Part shown: piece by piece, positions 9,348 to 18,669 of the stretch
How the letters are laid out: every line of letters starts with the position of its first letter
How positions within the stretch are numbered: position 1 is the stretch's first letter
Assembly (NCBI GenBank): GCA_904393845.1
Contig: CAJFNB010000002.1
Location: forward strand, 638 to 64,637
Origin: Candidatus Alloclostridium intestinigallinarum
GTDB lineage: Bacteria; Bacillota; Clostridia; Christensenellales; UBA3700
DNA length: 64,000 bases
Direction: 5' to 3'
Notes under the pieces: model-generated
Seen by the model: only the letters and a program-made list of their open reading frames with translations
Database searches by the model: none
What the model was told of the DNA's origin: nothing
Program-made: the position numbers and the translations under genes

Positions 9348-9585
9348 ATCTCCCTCTTGACGCCTTGTACTCTCCCGCGGCGCGCCGCGGAAAAGCCTTA
9401 TTTATATAATGAACGAAAAAAAGCCGTTTGTCAATAATTATTTTTTAACGCTTGCGCGCGCGAAAGCCAAAATGCTGCCGTTACTGTCGAATTATGTATT
9501 TTTTGTGCACTATTATGCGGATATTTTTCCGAACCGAATGGCAAAAATAATAATTATATGTTCAAAGTGCACATAACTTACATAT

Positions 9586-9819
9586 CTATTTTTTGTATTT
9601 ACGTCTTGTGGCCATACCGCCGCGCAAATGCCTTACCCGCAGATTGTAAGCCAGAACTTCCCGCACCTGTTCATACAGCGACATGTCGATATACTTCAGT
9701 TTTTCATTCATATCGCTGTGCACCGTACTCTTGCTCACGCCCATCGCCGCGGCAGCCTGCCTGACCGTTGCGCGGTTGTCCACTATGTACCGCGCCGTTT
9801 GAAGAACTCTTTCTTTCAT
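9586..9819 (-). CDS. spoIIID: Stage III sporulation protein D (mother-cell HTH regulator)
   Basis: Track ORF trimmed to the internal ATG at 9819, which is preceded by GGGGGAG. MKERVLQTARYIVDNRATVRQAAAAMGVSKSTVHSDMNEKL...VRHLRGGMATRRKYKK parallels B. subtilis SpoIIID (GVSKSTVHKD ... IRHLRGGEATKLKYKK). Confidence 0.85.
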   Translation of the reverse strand: MKERVLQTARYIVDNRATVRQAAAAMGVSKSTVHSDMNEKLKYIDMSLYEQVREVLAYNLRVRHLRGGMATRRKYKK

Positions 9820-10157
9820 ATCTCCCCCTTCCGCCGTGTCGGCAATACCGCAACCGACAAGATATACTATTCTTCTTTGCGACAAATAATGACAAAGTAT
9901 CTGTCGCCGGCGCACGAAAACGCCCGGTCCGCCGTGCGGCGCGGTATTTTCGGTAAAGCATATAAAAATATCCCGTCAAAAAATTGTATGAAAATATATG
10001 CCGTCAAAAATCGCTTGCGATAAATTGTACCCGCAACGTCGGAATTTTGTTTTGCCGGACGCATTGATATACGGGCATATGTCCATATGCGCGCATACGG
10101 CTATATGAATACCTGTGCATATGGGCAAATGTGCGCATATACATATCGGCCGCAGAA

Positions 10158-10643
10158 TTACGCGGGTTTTTTCTTTTTGAGTTTTTCCGGATAGTACGCG
10201 GTATCGCTTACGGTGAGCAGAGAGCAGCCGACAAGGCTCGGCGGAAACATTTTCGGCGAAAACCCCTTTTTCTCTTTCACCTTGTCTATTACCGCCTTTA
10301 CAGCCTGCCACGTTCCGAGGGCGATGAGGAAGCCGCCGAAGCAGCGCGAAAGTATTTCCGCGGGAACGTCGGGAGCGAACCACGCGCACACCGCGCTGCC
10401 AACAAGGGCAAGCGGCGCCGTCTTCAGAAGCGAAGGAAAGTCCACGAGTCTGTTTTTTACATGGATTGCGAGCACGGGCGCGGACATAACCACGAAGGCT
10501 ATCAGATTGACAGACTGCGCCGTTTTCTGTTCCACATCCAGCGCAAGCGTAAGTATGGGAATGGTGAGCGTGCCTCCGCCCATACCCATTCCCGCTATTA
10601 TTCCGCCGGCGGCGCCCGCCAGGATAAACCATACGATATTCAT
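10158..10643 (-). CDS. TauE/SafE (TSUP, DUF81) family permease, second half-size gene
   Basis: 161 aa, about 4 TM. AGAAGGIIAGMGMGGGTLTIPIL glycine-rich motif typical of DUF81 repeats. Confidence 0.7.
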   Translation of the reverse strand: MNIVWFILAGAAGGIIAGMGMGGGTLTIPILTLALDVEQKTAQSVNLIAFVVMSAPVLAIHVKNRLVDFPSLLKTAPLALVGSAVCAWFAPDVPAEILSRCFGGFLIALGTWQAVKAVIDKVKEKKGFSPKMFPPSLVGCSLLTVSDTAYYPEKLKKKKPA

Positions 10644-11029
10644 CTGCCCACCGCCATTTTTATTCCCGCGCCTATCATGACGATATAGAAAAACATTGAC
10701 AGCAGGAAGTTATCCGTCTTTTTCAGCAGAAGCGCGCCCGCTATTCCGCCCGCAACCACGCCTCCGCCTACGGCAAGGGTAAGCTGCATATCAAAGCACC
10801 CCTTTACGATATAAATTACCGCGGAGACCAGGCATAGCGGCAAAATCACCGCGACTGCGGTGGCGTGGGCCTTTTTTGCGGTAAGACCGAAAGACGTGAG
10901 CAGCGGCACGACCAGCATTCCGCCGCCTCCGCCGAACAGTCCGTTCACGCACCCTGCCGCCAGCGCGGCGAAATATTTCAAAAATGCAAGGCGACTTGCT
11001 GTCGATTTTTCAGCCTTGTTAGCGTCCAT
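10640..11029 (-). CDS. TauE/SafE (TSUP, DUF81) family permease, first half-size gene
   Basis: 129 aa, about 4 TM. NGLFGGGGGMLVVPLL motif. The stop overlaps the next ATG (ATGA). Confidence 0.7.
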   Translation of the reverse strand: MDANKAEKSTASRLAFLKYFAALAAGCVNGLFGGGGGMLVVPLLTSFGLTAKKAHATAVAVILPLCLVSAVIYIVKGCFDMQLTLAVGGGVVAGGIAGALLLKKTDNFLLSMFFYIVMIGAGIKMAVGR

Positions 11030-11084
11030 ATGAAAATTATGTGCAAGAATTTTATAAAATTTTAACTATTGCGCGATTATTCGT

Positions 11085-11113
11085 TTGACCCGCGGGCTTT
11101 TATTTTATATAAT
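11085..11113 (+). promoter_or_regulatory. Sigma-A type promoter for the 1402-aa gene
   Basis: TTGACC (11085-90), 17-nt spacer, TATAAT (11108-13). SD AAAGGTGG precedes the ATG at 11155. Confidence 0.55.
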
Positions 11114-11154
11114 TAGGAAGACTTATATTATAAGGACTAATAAAAGGTGGTCAA

Positions 11155-14100
11155 ATGAGAAAAAGAAAGTTTACTTTCCTTATCATCGTAATTGTGATGA
11201 TCGCGGCGCTCGTGACGGCTATTGCCGCCTGCGATCCCGACGATCCCGCAACCGAAGAGGAGAGTTATTCGACTACGCTTATCACCAACGGCAACTTCGA
11301 CAGCGCCTCGGGTGATTCGCAGCCGATGACTCCTTCAAGCTGGACGGGCGAAGCCGGCTCCACTTCTTCTTCCTCTACGTATAAAACTCCTACCGACAAC
11401 GTGCATTCGGGCGTTATCGACGTGAGCGATACCAGAGGTTACAGAAGCGATTTCGGCAGCATCGAACCGGGCAAAGTGGGCGAGGATAACAATATCCTGG
11501 CTATCTATAACAGCGTCGAAGCCTCTTCCTACAAGTATACTTCCGCTTCCATAACTTTGGCGGCGGACAGCGTTTACAAGCTGAGCGTATGGGTCAAAAC
11601 GGACATTTTCACCGACAGCACCTATTACGAGGACTGGCTGAACAGAGGCGACGAAACTCAGAACTTCGACGATAACACCACCGGCGCATACGTCTATGTG
11701 AACGGCGTGGCGTACGCGGCTTTCGAAGCCATCAACACGGGCGGCGAATGGCAGGAACTTGTCGCCTATATCGACACGCACCACTCTACCGGCGGCAGCA
11801 TAACCGTTATCCTGTCTTTGGGTACGGGCAACTATTCCACCGGTCATATGGCTGCGGGCTATGCCTTTTTCGACAATCTCACGCTCGTCAACCTTAACGA
11901 CGAATACGCCGATTCCGACAGCGCTTTCGCCGACGGCGACAGTTCTATAAGCGAAGAAGAGGCCGAAGCCAAGGCGGTTGCCGAATACAACGCCGCGACT
12001 GTCGGCACTTCCTCTTCCAATGTCGTAAACGGTGAAACCGCGGAAGAAAGCCACAGGGTACACACCGCGAAATACGACATGGGCAGCGGCGATACCGAGT
12101 TCGACTATGTGACCAAGACTTCCACTCCTTATTCTTCCTCCCGCTGGACTGGCTCCGCGGGCAAGAAGACGGACGGCAGTTCTTTCGGAACTTCGACCAC
12201 CAACCTGCAAAGGGGCGTGCTCGACACCGCTAATATGGACTTATCCGTCATCAACGATACCGACGAGTACGAAAATCTTACCCTCAACGCGCACGGCAGG
12301 GTTTCCTACGACTACGGCAATAACCGCGTGCGCACGGTAAGCAATATACTCTATATCCAGGCGAGAAACGCCAGCGTTTACGGCTATTCTTCCAACACCA
12401 GCTATACCATAGAGGCGAACAACTACTATAAAGTTTCCGTGTGGGTCAAGACTTATCTTCTCACCGGCGACGGCGCGGCTATCCGCCTTACCACCGGCGA
12501 TGACGAAGAATCCGTCGTCGGCATAAGCGATATAGACACGAGCGGCGAATGGACGGAATATTCCCTCTACCTGCAGGGCAACCAGTACCGTGAAAACTCC
12601 GTAACGCTGGAACTGTGGCTGGGCACCAACAATACCGCGGGTACCGAAGGCATCGCGTTCTTCGATTCCGTATCCGTCAGCCTTATAGACAAGGACACCT
12701 ATGACGCGGCAGTCGAAGGCGATACCATCGCAAAAGCGGATATGCTCACCGCCGACGACGATTTCACTTACTATAATATGGACGGCAGCGACAACTCCCT
12801 TACCTATGAAGTAAGCGGCAAGGCGGATTCTTCCAATGCGGTGCTCGCAAACGTGGGCGACAGCGTGGACGGCATTACCGTCGACAAGGCGCTTGCCTCC
12901 TACGGCGACAAGGTGTGGGTACTCAACAACTCCGTACCCGGATATGCAACGGTATCCCCCGTTGTAGACGTAGCTTCCGGCAGCGCGAACATAAGCAACC
13001 TGATAACGCTTGCTCCCAACAGCTATCTCGCCGTATCCGTATGGGTCAAGACTTCCGAAATACTCTCCGGCGGTCTGAACGTTACCTTGTATAACTATGA
13101 TATAGACGCGATAAATGAAGATCTGGAAAAAGCTCCCGACACGGACTTTACCGACCTTTCTTCCTACCGCACTTCCGTGGCGTCGCTGACCTCGCTCACT
13201 TCCAAAGGTCTTGCCGATTTCAAGATTGACGGCGTGAACGATTACGTCATGCTCACCTTCATGGTGCAGTCGGGCAAGTCTGTCGCGCACCTCGGTCTTG
13301 AATTCGCCCTCGGCAGCGGCACCGCAACCAACAGCTCCTCTTACGTGAAGGGCTATGCGCTCATCTCCAACATCATGACGGAGGACATCGCCGCTTCCGA
13401 CTACTCGGGCGCGACCACGGCAACCAACGTTGCGAAAGGCACCGTTTCCGCCGACTCTTCCGACGTGGAGATAGCTTCCAACGGCTATTTCAACGCCTCC
13501 GACGTGTCCGGCACGAACAGCCTGTACGCAACCGACGACAACGACTTTGATTTCAGTAAGACGAACGGCAACCCCAACGGAGTGCTCGCCCTGCCCAACG
13601 GCTGGTCGGCTACCGACAGCACCCTGCTGACCGCTTACAATAACGATACGAACGCTTCCACCTACGCTTACGGCGGCGTGCTCGACCTTGACAATATTTC
13701 CGCCAAGTATCGCGAACTTATCGCCGGAAGCAATATCGCAACCCTGCTCGGGAATAAGGACACCATATTCTCTTCCGCGGGCAATTACAGCGGTCTGAGC
13801 GCGGATAACAACGTGCTTGCGGTTTATTCGCACAACCTGGCGGCATTCGGTTTCAGTTCCGACGAATTTACCCTCTCTTCCAACTCTTATTACAGAGTTA
13901 GCGTGTGGGCGTATGCGGAACCCGGCTCGCAGATAAGCATAGTGATATCCACGGGCAGCGACGACATCGAATACACCTTCTTCAGAAACAGCGACGAGAA
14001 CACTTCGGAAAACGCCGGCTGGAAGGAATACGTATTCTATATCCAGACGGGCGTGAGCAGCGTAAGCGCGTCCCTCTCCCTGTACGTCGGTAACTCCGAC

Positions 14101-15363
14101 TACTCCAACGAGAACACGAGCAGCGCGAATTACAGCGCGCTCTTCACCGGAGCGACCTATCAGTCCGTTACCGAAGAGGACTTCGACGCATACGTAAGCC
14201 TTAACCGCTCGAATACACAGACCGTTTCCATGCTTGTCAACACCATGGACAACGTTACGGCAAACGACGACGCGCTCAACACTCCTTCCGACTGGTCCGC
14301 TACCCAGATTGACAGCGACGCCAGCGAGGACGACGTTTCCGCGGGCGTGTTCGACAGACAGAACCATGACTGGAACGAGCTTCTCGACCTTGATATCGCC
14401 GGCAGCGACGCGGCGCTTTACGAAGCGCTTTACAACTCCGGCACGGTGGATACCAATATAAACAACTCCTCCATCACCACGGGTATAGGCGATATGGTGC
14501 TGGCCATCTACAACCACGACGACGTGCTCGACGAGGACGGCAATCTGGCGGGCGGAGCTTACAGATATACTTCCTCCGACCTCACCCTCAGCGCCGGTTC
14601 CTACTACAAGATAACCGTGTGGGTGCTCACCTATAAGCTGGGCGCGGACGACAGCGCGCGCATAGTGCTCAAGCTGGGCAACTCAACCTACACCTTCGGC
14701 GGCATAGTTGACGACGAGTCTTCCGCGATTGAAAAAGCCAGACTCATCAACACCTCCACCTATGCGGACGACGGTACGGAAACCGTGGGCAGCTGGAAGG
14801 AAGTTTCCTTCTACGTCTACATCGACGAGGACGTGACGTCCGACGTGACGGGCAGCCTTGCGCTTCAGCTGGGCGACACCGACGAATGGGTCAGCGGCTA
14901 CGCCTTCTTCGACAACTTCTCCTGCGTTGAGATAGATCCCGTAGTGGACGGCGAAACCACCACTACCCCTGCGCAGATAGTTTCCGGCAAGGTCGGATTC
15001 GACGTGGTTTACACGAACGCGGACGATTCCACCAAGAATAACTCGTTCTCCGACGCGAACGCATACAACGAGGACGGCACGATTAAGGAAGGCGCACTTC
15101 TTGCAAACAACTATATCGTGCACTACACCCAGGCAGACGCGGAATCCACCCCCGATGAAGAGGAACCCGACGACAACGGCGGCACGGACAGCCTGCTGTG
15201 GCTGTACATCACCTCCGGCGTGATAGGCGGTCTGATAGTGATTGCCGTGATAGTGGTTATCGCGCGCAAGATACTGAAAAAGCGTAAGCGCCAGAAGCAG
15301 GTAGGCAGAAAGTCTGATTTCGACCGCAACTACGGCGGCAGATCGGACGCACGCAAGAAATAA
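11155..15363 (+). CDS. Large envelope protein: lipoprotein signal, five CBM4_9/galactose-binding-like modules, C-terminal TM anchor
   Basis: 1402 aa. MRKRKFTFLIIVIVMIAALVTAIAAC lipobox. Five modules each carry NGnF..W.., NiLAIYn, SYYKvSVWVKT (nt ~11572, 12421, 13021, 13885, 14598), GEW.E...Y and GYAFFDN. C-terminus LLWLYITSGVIGGLIVIAVIVVIARKILKKRKRQK. No LPXTG. Confidence 0.7.
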   Translation: MRKRKFTFLIIVIVMIAALVTAIAACDPDDPATEEESYSTTLITNGNFDSASGDSQPMTPSSWTGEAGSTSSSSTYKTPTDNVHSGVIDVSDTRGYRSDFGSIEPGKVGEDNNILAIYNSVEASSYKYTSASITLAADSVYKLSVWVKTDIFTDSTYYEDWLNRGDETQNFDDNTTGAYVYVNGVAYAAFEAINTGGEWQELVAYIDTHHSTGGSITVILSLGTGNYSTGHMAAGYAFFDNLTLVNLNDEYADSDSAFADGDSSISEEEAEAKAVAEYNAATVGTSSSNVVNGETAEESHRVHTAKYDMGSGDTEFDYVTKTSTPYSSSRWTGSAGKKTDGSSFGTSTTNLQRGVLDTANMDLSVINDTDEYENLTLNAHGRVSYDYGNNRVRTVSNILYIQARNASVYGYSSNTSYTIEANNYYKVSVWVKTYLLTGDGAAIRLTTGDDEESVVGISDIDTSGEWTEYSLYLQGNQYRENSVTLELWLGTNNTAGTEGIAFFDSVSVSLIDKDTYDAAVEGDTIAKADMLTADDDFTYYNMDGSDNSLTYEVSGKADSSNAVLANVGDSVDGITVDKALASYGDKVWVLNNSVPGYATVSPVVDVASGSANISNLITLAPNSYLAVSVWVKTSEILSGGLNVTLYNYDIDAINEDLEKAPDTDFTDLSSYRTSVASLTSLTSKGLADFKIDGVNDYVMLTFMVQSGKSVAHLGLEFALGSGTATNSSSYVKGYALISNIMTEDIAASDYSGATTATNVAKGTVSADSSDVEIASNGYFNASDVSGTNSLYATDDNDFDFSKTNGNPNGVLALPNGWSATDSTLLTAYNNDTNASTYAYGGVLDLDNISAKYRELIAGSNIATLLGNKDTIFSSAGNYSGLSADNNVLAVYSHNLAAFGFSSDEFTLSSNSYYRVSVWAYAEPGSQISIVISTGSDDIEYTFFRNSDENTSENAGWKEYVFYIQTGVSSVSASLSLYVGNSDYSNENTSSANYSALFTGATYQSVTEEDFDAYVSLNRSNTQTVSMLVNTMDNVTANDDALNTPSDWSATQIDSDASEDDVSAGVFDRQNHDWNELLDLDIAGSDAALYEALYNSGTVDTNINNSSITTGIGDMVLAIYNHDDVLDEDGNLAGGAYRYTSSDLTLSAGSYYKITVWVLTYKLGADDSARIVLKLGNSTYTFGGIVDDESSAIEKARLINTSTYADDGTETVGSWKEVSFYVYIDEDVTSDVTGSLALQLGDTDEWVSGYAFFDNFSCVEIDPVVDGETTTTPAQIVSGKVGFDVVYTNADDSTKNNSFSDANAYNEDGTIKEGALLANNYIVHYTQADAESTPDEEEPDDNGGTDSLLWLYITSGVIGGLIVIAVIVVIARKILKKRKRQKQVGRKSDFDRNYGGRSDARKK

Positions 15364-15384
15364 TCTGCAAACTTAAAACAATAA

Positions 15385-15412
15385 GGCCCGCTTGATGCGG
15401 GTCTTTTTGTTT
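15385..15412 (+). terminator. Rho-independent terminator
   Basis: GGCCCGC-TTGAT-GCGGGTC hairpin followed by TTTTTGTTTT, 20 nt after the stop. Confidence 0.65.
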
Positions 15413-15466
15413 TACCCCGCGCCTTATTATGCGCTTTGCACATAGAACATTATAATTAACAAGTAT

Positions 15467-15495
15467 TTGTCACGTGGCGCCGTCTTTGGTATAAT
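15467..15495 (+). promoter_or_regulatory. Sigma-A type promoter for the acetyltransferase gene
   Basis: TTGTCA (15467-72), 17-nt spacer, TATAAT (15490-95). SD AAAGGAG before the ATG at 15514. Confidence 0.5.
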
Positions 15496-15513
15496 ATAGA
15501 AAAGGAGCAGGAT

Positions 15514-16077
15514 ATGGACTATAAGGAATATAACGCGATGACCGCCGCAGGTGCGCCGCTGGATTCAAATTCGGAAATTCAGCAATTTATGAACTTCGCT
15601 GCCGACGAAGCGCAGAAAGTAACCGCAAAGATAAACACCGGCTATCATACGCAGGACGAACTGAGAGCGCTGGTTTCCGAACTTGTGGGTTATGAAGTGG
15701 ATAAATCTTTCAGACTGTTTCCACCGATATATTCGGACTACGGAAAGAATATAAAGCTCGGCAAAAACGTGTTTATAAATTCAGGCTGTTGTTTCCAGGA
15801 CCAGGGAGGAATAGAAATAGGCGACGGCTGTCTTATAGGACACCAGGCGGTTATTGCCACGCTCAACCACGACCTCTCCCCCGCGACCCGGGCGAACATG
15901 ACTCCTTCCAAAGTGATTTTGGGTAAAAACGTGTGGGTGGGATCGCACGCCACCATTCTGCCCGGCGTAACCGTGGGCGACGGAAGCATAATTGCAGCCG
16001 GAGCGGTGGTAAATAAAGACGTGCCGCCCGCGTGCGTAGTTGCCGGCGTGCCGGCAAAGGTGGTTAAAAGGCTGTAA
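15514..16077 (+). CDS. Maltose/galactoside O-acetyltransferase-like hexapeptide-repeat transferase
   Basis: 187 aa. Left-handed beta-helix repeats (IGDGCLIGHQAVI, VWVGSHATILPGVTVGDGSIIAAGAVV) and the C-terminal VVAGVPAKVVK typical of Maa/LacA. Confidence 0.8.
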   Translation: MDYKEYNAMTAAGAPLDSNSEIQQFMNFAADEAQKVTAKINTGYHTQDELRALVSELVGYEVDKSFRLFPPIYSDYGKNIKLGKNVFINSGCCFQDQGGIEIGDGCLIGHQAVIATLNHDLSPATRANMTPSKVILGKNVWVGSHATILPGVTVGDGSIIAAGAVVNKDVPPACVVAGVPAKVVKRL

Positions 16078-16105
16078 ATCGCGGAACGCGCCTATCCGCG
16101 CGCCT

Positions 16106-16390
16106 CTATAAATACAGCTTTTGACCTATGAAGATATACGGCGAATCAAGGCTGTTGTCGGACATGATTTTCTCCTTGCTTACGCCGAATTTTTCCGCGA
16201 CCGACTGCAACGTGTCAAACGGTTTTACCACGTATTCCCGCCCTTCGGGACGGCGGATAAGCAGGCATATTCCCCGGTCGAACTGATCGGGCGCGCAGTT
16301 GCTGTCGGCAAGAATCTTTTCCGCCCTCACGCCGAATTTCCGCGCCACGTCCTGTAAACTTTCCCCTTCACGCACTCTGTATACCAGCAT
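16106..16390 (-). CDS. Two-LysM-domain protein
   Basis: Trimmed to the ATG at 16390, preceded by GGAGGG 5 nt upstream (the track start at 16420 is TTG). Two LysM repeats: YRVREGESLQDVARKFGV and YVVKPFDTLQSVAEKFGVSKEKI. Confidence 0.8.
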   Translation of the reverse strand: MLVYRVREGESLQDVARKFGVRAEKILADSNCAPDQFDRGICLLIRRPEGREYVVKPFDTLQSVAEKFGVSKEKIMSDNSLDSPYIFIGQKLYL

Positions 16391-16440
16391 TTTTCCCTCC
16401 GATAAATTATATTTGCGCAAACTTCTTAATATCCTATAAT

Positions 16441-17925
16441 ATGAAAAGAATCTTCAAGGCGTTCTTCACCGTGACCTCGATAGCCGTAATCACACGCGGA
16501 ATCTCGTTTGTTTTCAAAATATTCATCTCGCGCGAACTCGGAGCGGAAGTAATGGGACTTTACCAGATATGCTTTTCCGTATTTTCGCTGTTCGCCGCAA
16601 TCGCAGTCAGCGGTATCCCCGTTACCGTTTCCCGCATAACGGCGGAAACGCAGGCGCTCGGCGACGTGAAAAGCCAGCGCTCCGCAGTCACCGCCGCCCT
16701 GCTGATAAGCCTGATGATTTCCATGACGGTGTGCACGGTTTTTTATTCCTTTCCGTCGCTCGCGTCCTTATTTTTCACCGACGAAAGGTGCTCCCGTCTG
16801 TTTCTGATACTGCTGCCGACAATGCTCACTTCCAGCATTTACGCCGTTATCCGCAGCCATTTCTGGGGCAGACAGAACTTTTTCGTATATTCAATGGCGG
16901 AAGCGGCGGACGAGATAATCAAGGTGGTGGCTTGCACCCTGTTCATATTCCTGCTGCAAAACGTAATCTCGCTTGAATATTCGCTCGCTTACGCCATGCT
17001 TGTCAGCGACTGCATCGTGGCGGTGCTGCTCATTATAGTATTCTTCAAAAGCGGCGGCAGACTTGCCGGTCCTACCATGGGCAGACAGGTAGTCAAATCC
17101 TCCGCGCCCCTTACCGTCACACGCCTGTGCGGCAGTCTGATGGGTATGTTCGTGTCCCTCGTCCTTCCTGCCGTTCTTGTAAGCGCGTGGGGACTTTCAA
17201 GCGCGGAAGCGACGGCGGAATACGGCAGGGCTTCGGGCATGGTTATGCCGCTGCTCCTCGCTCCGTCTTCCGTCGTCGGCAGTCTTTCCGTGGTGATGAT
17301 ACCCGAAATTGCCGCGCGCAACGCGGGCGGAGGGCGCAACCTTACCTCGGCGATAGACCGCTCCACCGACTTCACTTGCGCCGTGGCGTGCGCGGTATTC
17401 ATCGCTTTCGCCGCCTGCGGCAGAGAGATAGGCAGCCTGCTTTACGCGGACGAAAAGGTGGGCGAACAACTCTCCTTTGCCGCGTTCATAGTGCTTCCGC
17501 TCTCGTTGAATTCCATTACTTCCACTTCGCTGAACTCTCTGGGTAAGGAAAACCGCACGTTTATAAGCAGCGTTATAGGCTATGTCTTTCTGGTCGCGGG
17601 AATATCCGTACTGCCGCGGTATATGGGTATTTACGGCTACTATACGTCCTTTTTCGTGTTCCATTGCGTGACTTTGGCGTGCAACTATTTCCAGCTTAAC
17701 CGCATTCTTCCGCGCAGGAAAAGTTATTCGGGCGCCGCGCTTATCGCCGTATCCTGCGCCATCGCGCTTGTTACGGGAGTTATCTCCTCTTTTACGCGCG
17801 AACTGGGCAATGTCATATCCTGTCTGATATGCCTTCCCGTTGCGGCGGCGCTGTACTTTATAGCCCTGCGCATTACGGGATATATGCCCAAACCTTCGGG
17901 ACTTATAGGATATATCAGAAAATAG
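16441..17925 (+). CDS. MOP-superfamily flippase (SpoVB/MurJ-like polysaccharide biosynthesis protein)
   Basis: 494 aa, about 14 TM. The N-terminus ITRGISFVFKIFISRELGAEVMGLYQ resembles the SpoVB/MurJ opening. No obvious SD. Confidence 0.7.
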   Translation: MKRIFKAFFTVTSIAVITRGISFVFKIFISRELGAEVMGLYQICFSVFSLFAAIAVSGIPVTVSRITAETQALGDVKSQRSAVTAALLISLMISMTVCTVFYSFPSLASLFFTDERCSRLFLILLPTMLTSSIYAVIRSHFWGRQNFFVYSMAEAADEIIKVVACTLFIFLLQNVISLEYSLAYAMLVSDCIVAVLLIIVFFKSGGRLAGPTMGRQVVKSSAPLTVTRLCGSLMGMFVSLVLPAVLVSAWGLSSAEATAEYGRASGMVMPLLLAPSSVVGSLSVVMIPEIAARNAGGGRNLTSAIDRSTDFTCAVACAVFIAFAACGREIGSLLYADEKVGEQLSFAAFIVLPLSLNSITSTSLNSLGKENRTFISSVIGYVFLVAGISVLPRYMGIYGYYTSFFVFHCVTLACNYFQLNRILPRRKSYSGAALIAVSCAIALVTGVISSFTRELGNVISCLICLPVAAALYFIALRITGYMPKPSGLIGYIRK

Positions 17926-17958
17926 CATATTTTTCACCGCGCGGCAAATACTAAGCGT

Positions 17959-18669
17959 ATGCTGATAGTATTCGTGCGTGCAGTACTCATATACGTATTC
18001 CTGCTGATAGCCATGCGGCTTATGGGCAAAAAACAGCTGGGCGAACTGCAACCCTTCGAATTTGCCGTAACTCTTATAATGGCGGAGCTGGCGTGCATTC
18101 CCATGTCGGACACGACCGTGCCCGTAATATACGGACTCGTGCCCATTTTCACCCTGTTCATAGTGCAATTCGCCCTTACCAAGCTGATAAAACATTCCAT
18201 CAAAGCGCGCCGTCTGATAAACGGTAAACCCGTGATTGTCATCAATCCGTGCGGCATAGACTACCGCGCGATAAGTATGCTCGATCTGACGGTAAACGAC
18301 CTGATGGAAGCGTTGCGCGAGAAAAACTATCTGTCGCCCGACGAGCTGGAATACGCCATATTCGAAACGAACGGCGACGTAAGCGTAATTCCCAAGGCGG
18401 ACAACAAACCGCTTACCGCGGGCGATATGGGCGTAAAAACGGAAGCTCCCATGCTGCCCTATACGGTCATATGCGAGGGTAAAAAGATGACTGAAAACGT
18501 AAGAAAGGGAAACATTGATTACTCTATGGTGGAAAAAACGCTGGAAAACCACAGATTAAAGCAGAAAAACGTACTGCTTATGACCGTCACGGGCGGAAAC
18601 AACTATTATCTGCAACCGATAAGCGGCAAGTATGTGACGGGCACTTTGGAGGAAGAAAATGCGGGGTAA
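17959..18669 (+). CDS. DUF421 (YetF-type) membrane protein
   Basis: 236 aa. RAVLIYVFLLIAMRLMGKKQLGELQPFEFAVTLIMAEL is the canonical DUF421 N-terminus. Confidence 0.85.
   Translation: MLIVFVRAVLIYVFLLIAMRLMGKKQLGELQPFEFAVTLIMAELACIPMSDTTVPVIYGLVPIFTLFIVQFALTKLIKHSIKARRLINGKPVIVINPCGIDYRAISMLDLTVNDLMEALREKNYLSPDELEYAIFETNGDVSVIPKADNKPLTAGDMGVKTEAPMLPYTVICEGKKMTENVRKGNIDYSMVEKTLENHRLKQKNVLLMTVTGGNNYYLQPISGKYVTGTLEEENAG

Noticed and set aside
12241-14517. 758-aa minus-strand ORF inside the 1402-aa gene. The same phenomenon occurs at 728..1663, 2817..4781, 5808..7052, 17197..18552, 19134..20279, 24870..27074, 32552..33856, 44050..45237, 53535..54473 and 54507..55691.
   Set aside because: All lie antisense to genes with unambiguous family motifs. 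Their products are compositionally odd (Arg/His/Val/Gly runs). They are typical stop-poor antisense frames in a GC-rich coding sequence.
16435-16443. TATAAT immediately abutting the ATG of the flippase gene, considered as a third leaderless promoter.
   Set aside because: With zero spacing between the hexamer and the ATG, transcription would start inside the ORF. I also found no matching -35. This is probably a coincidence in an AT-rich 50-bp divergent region.
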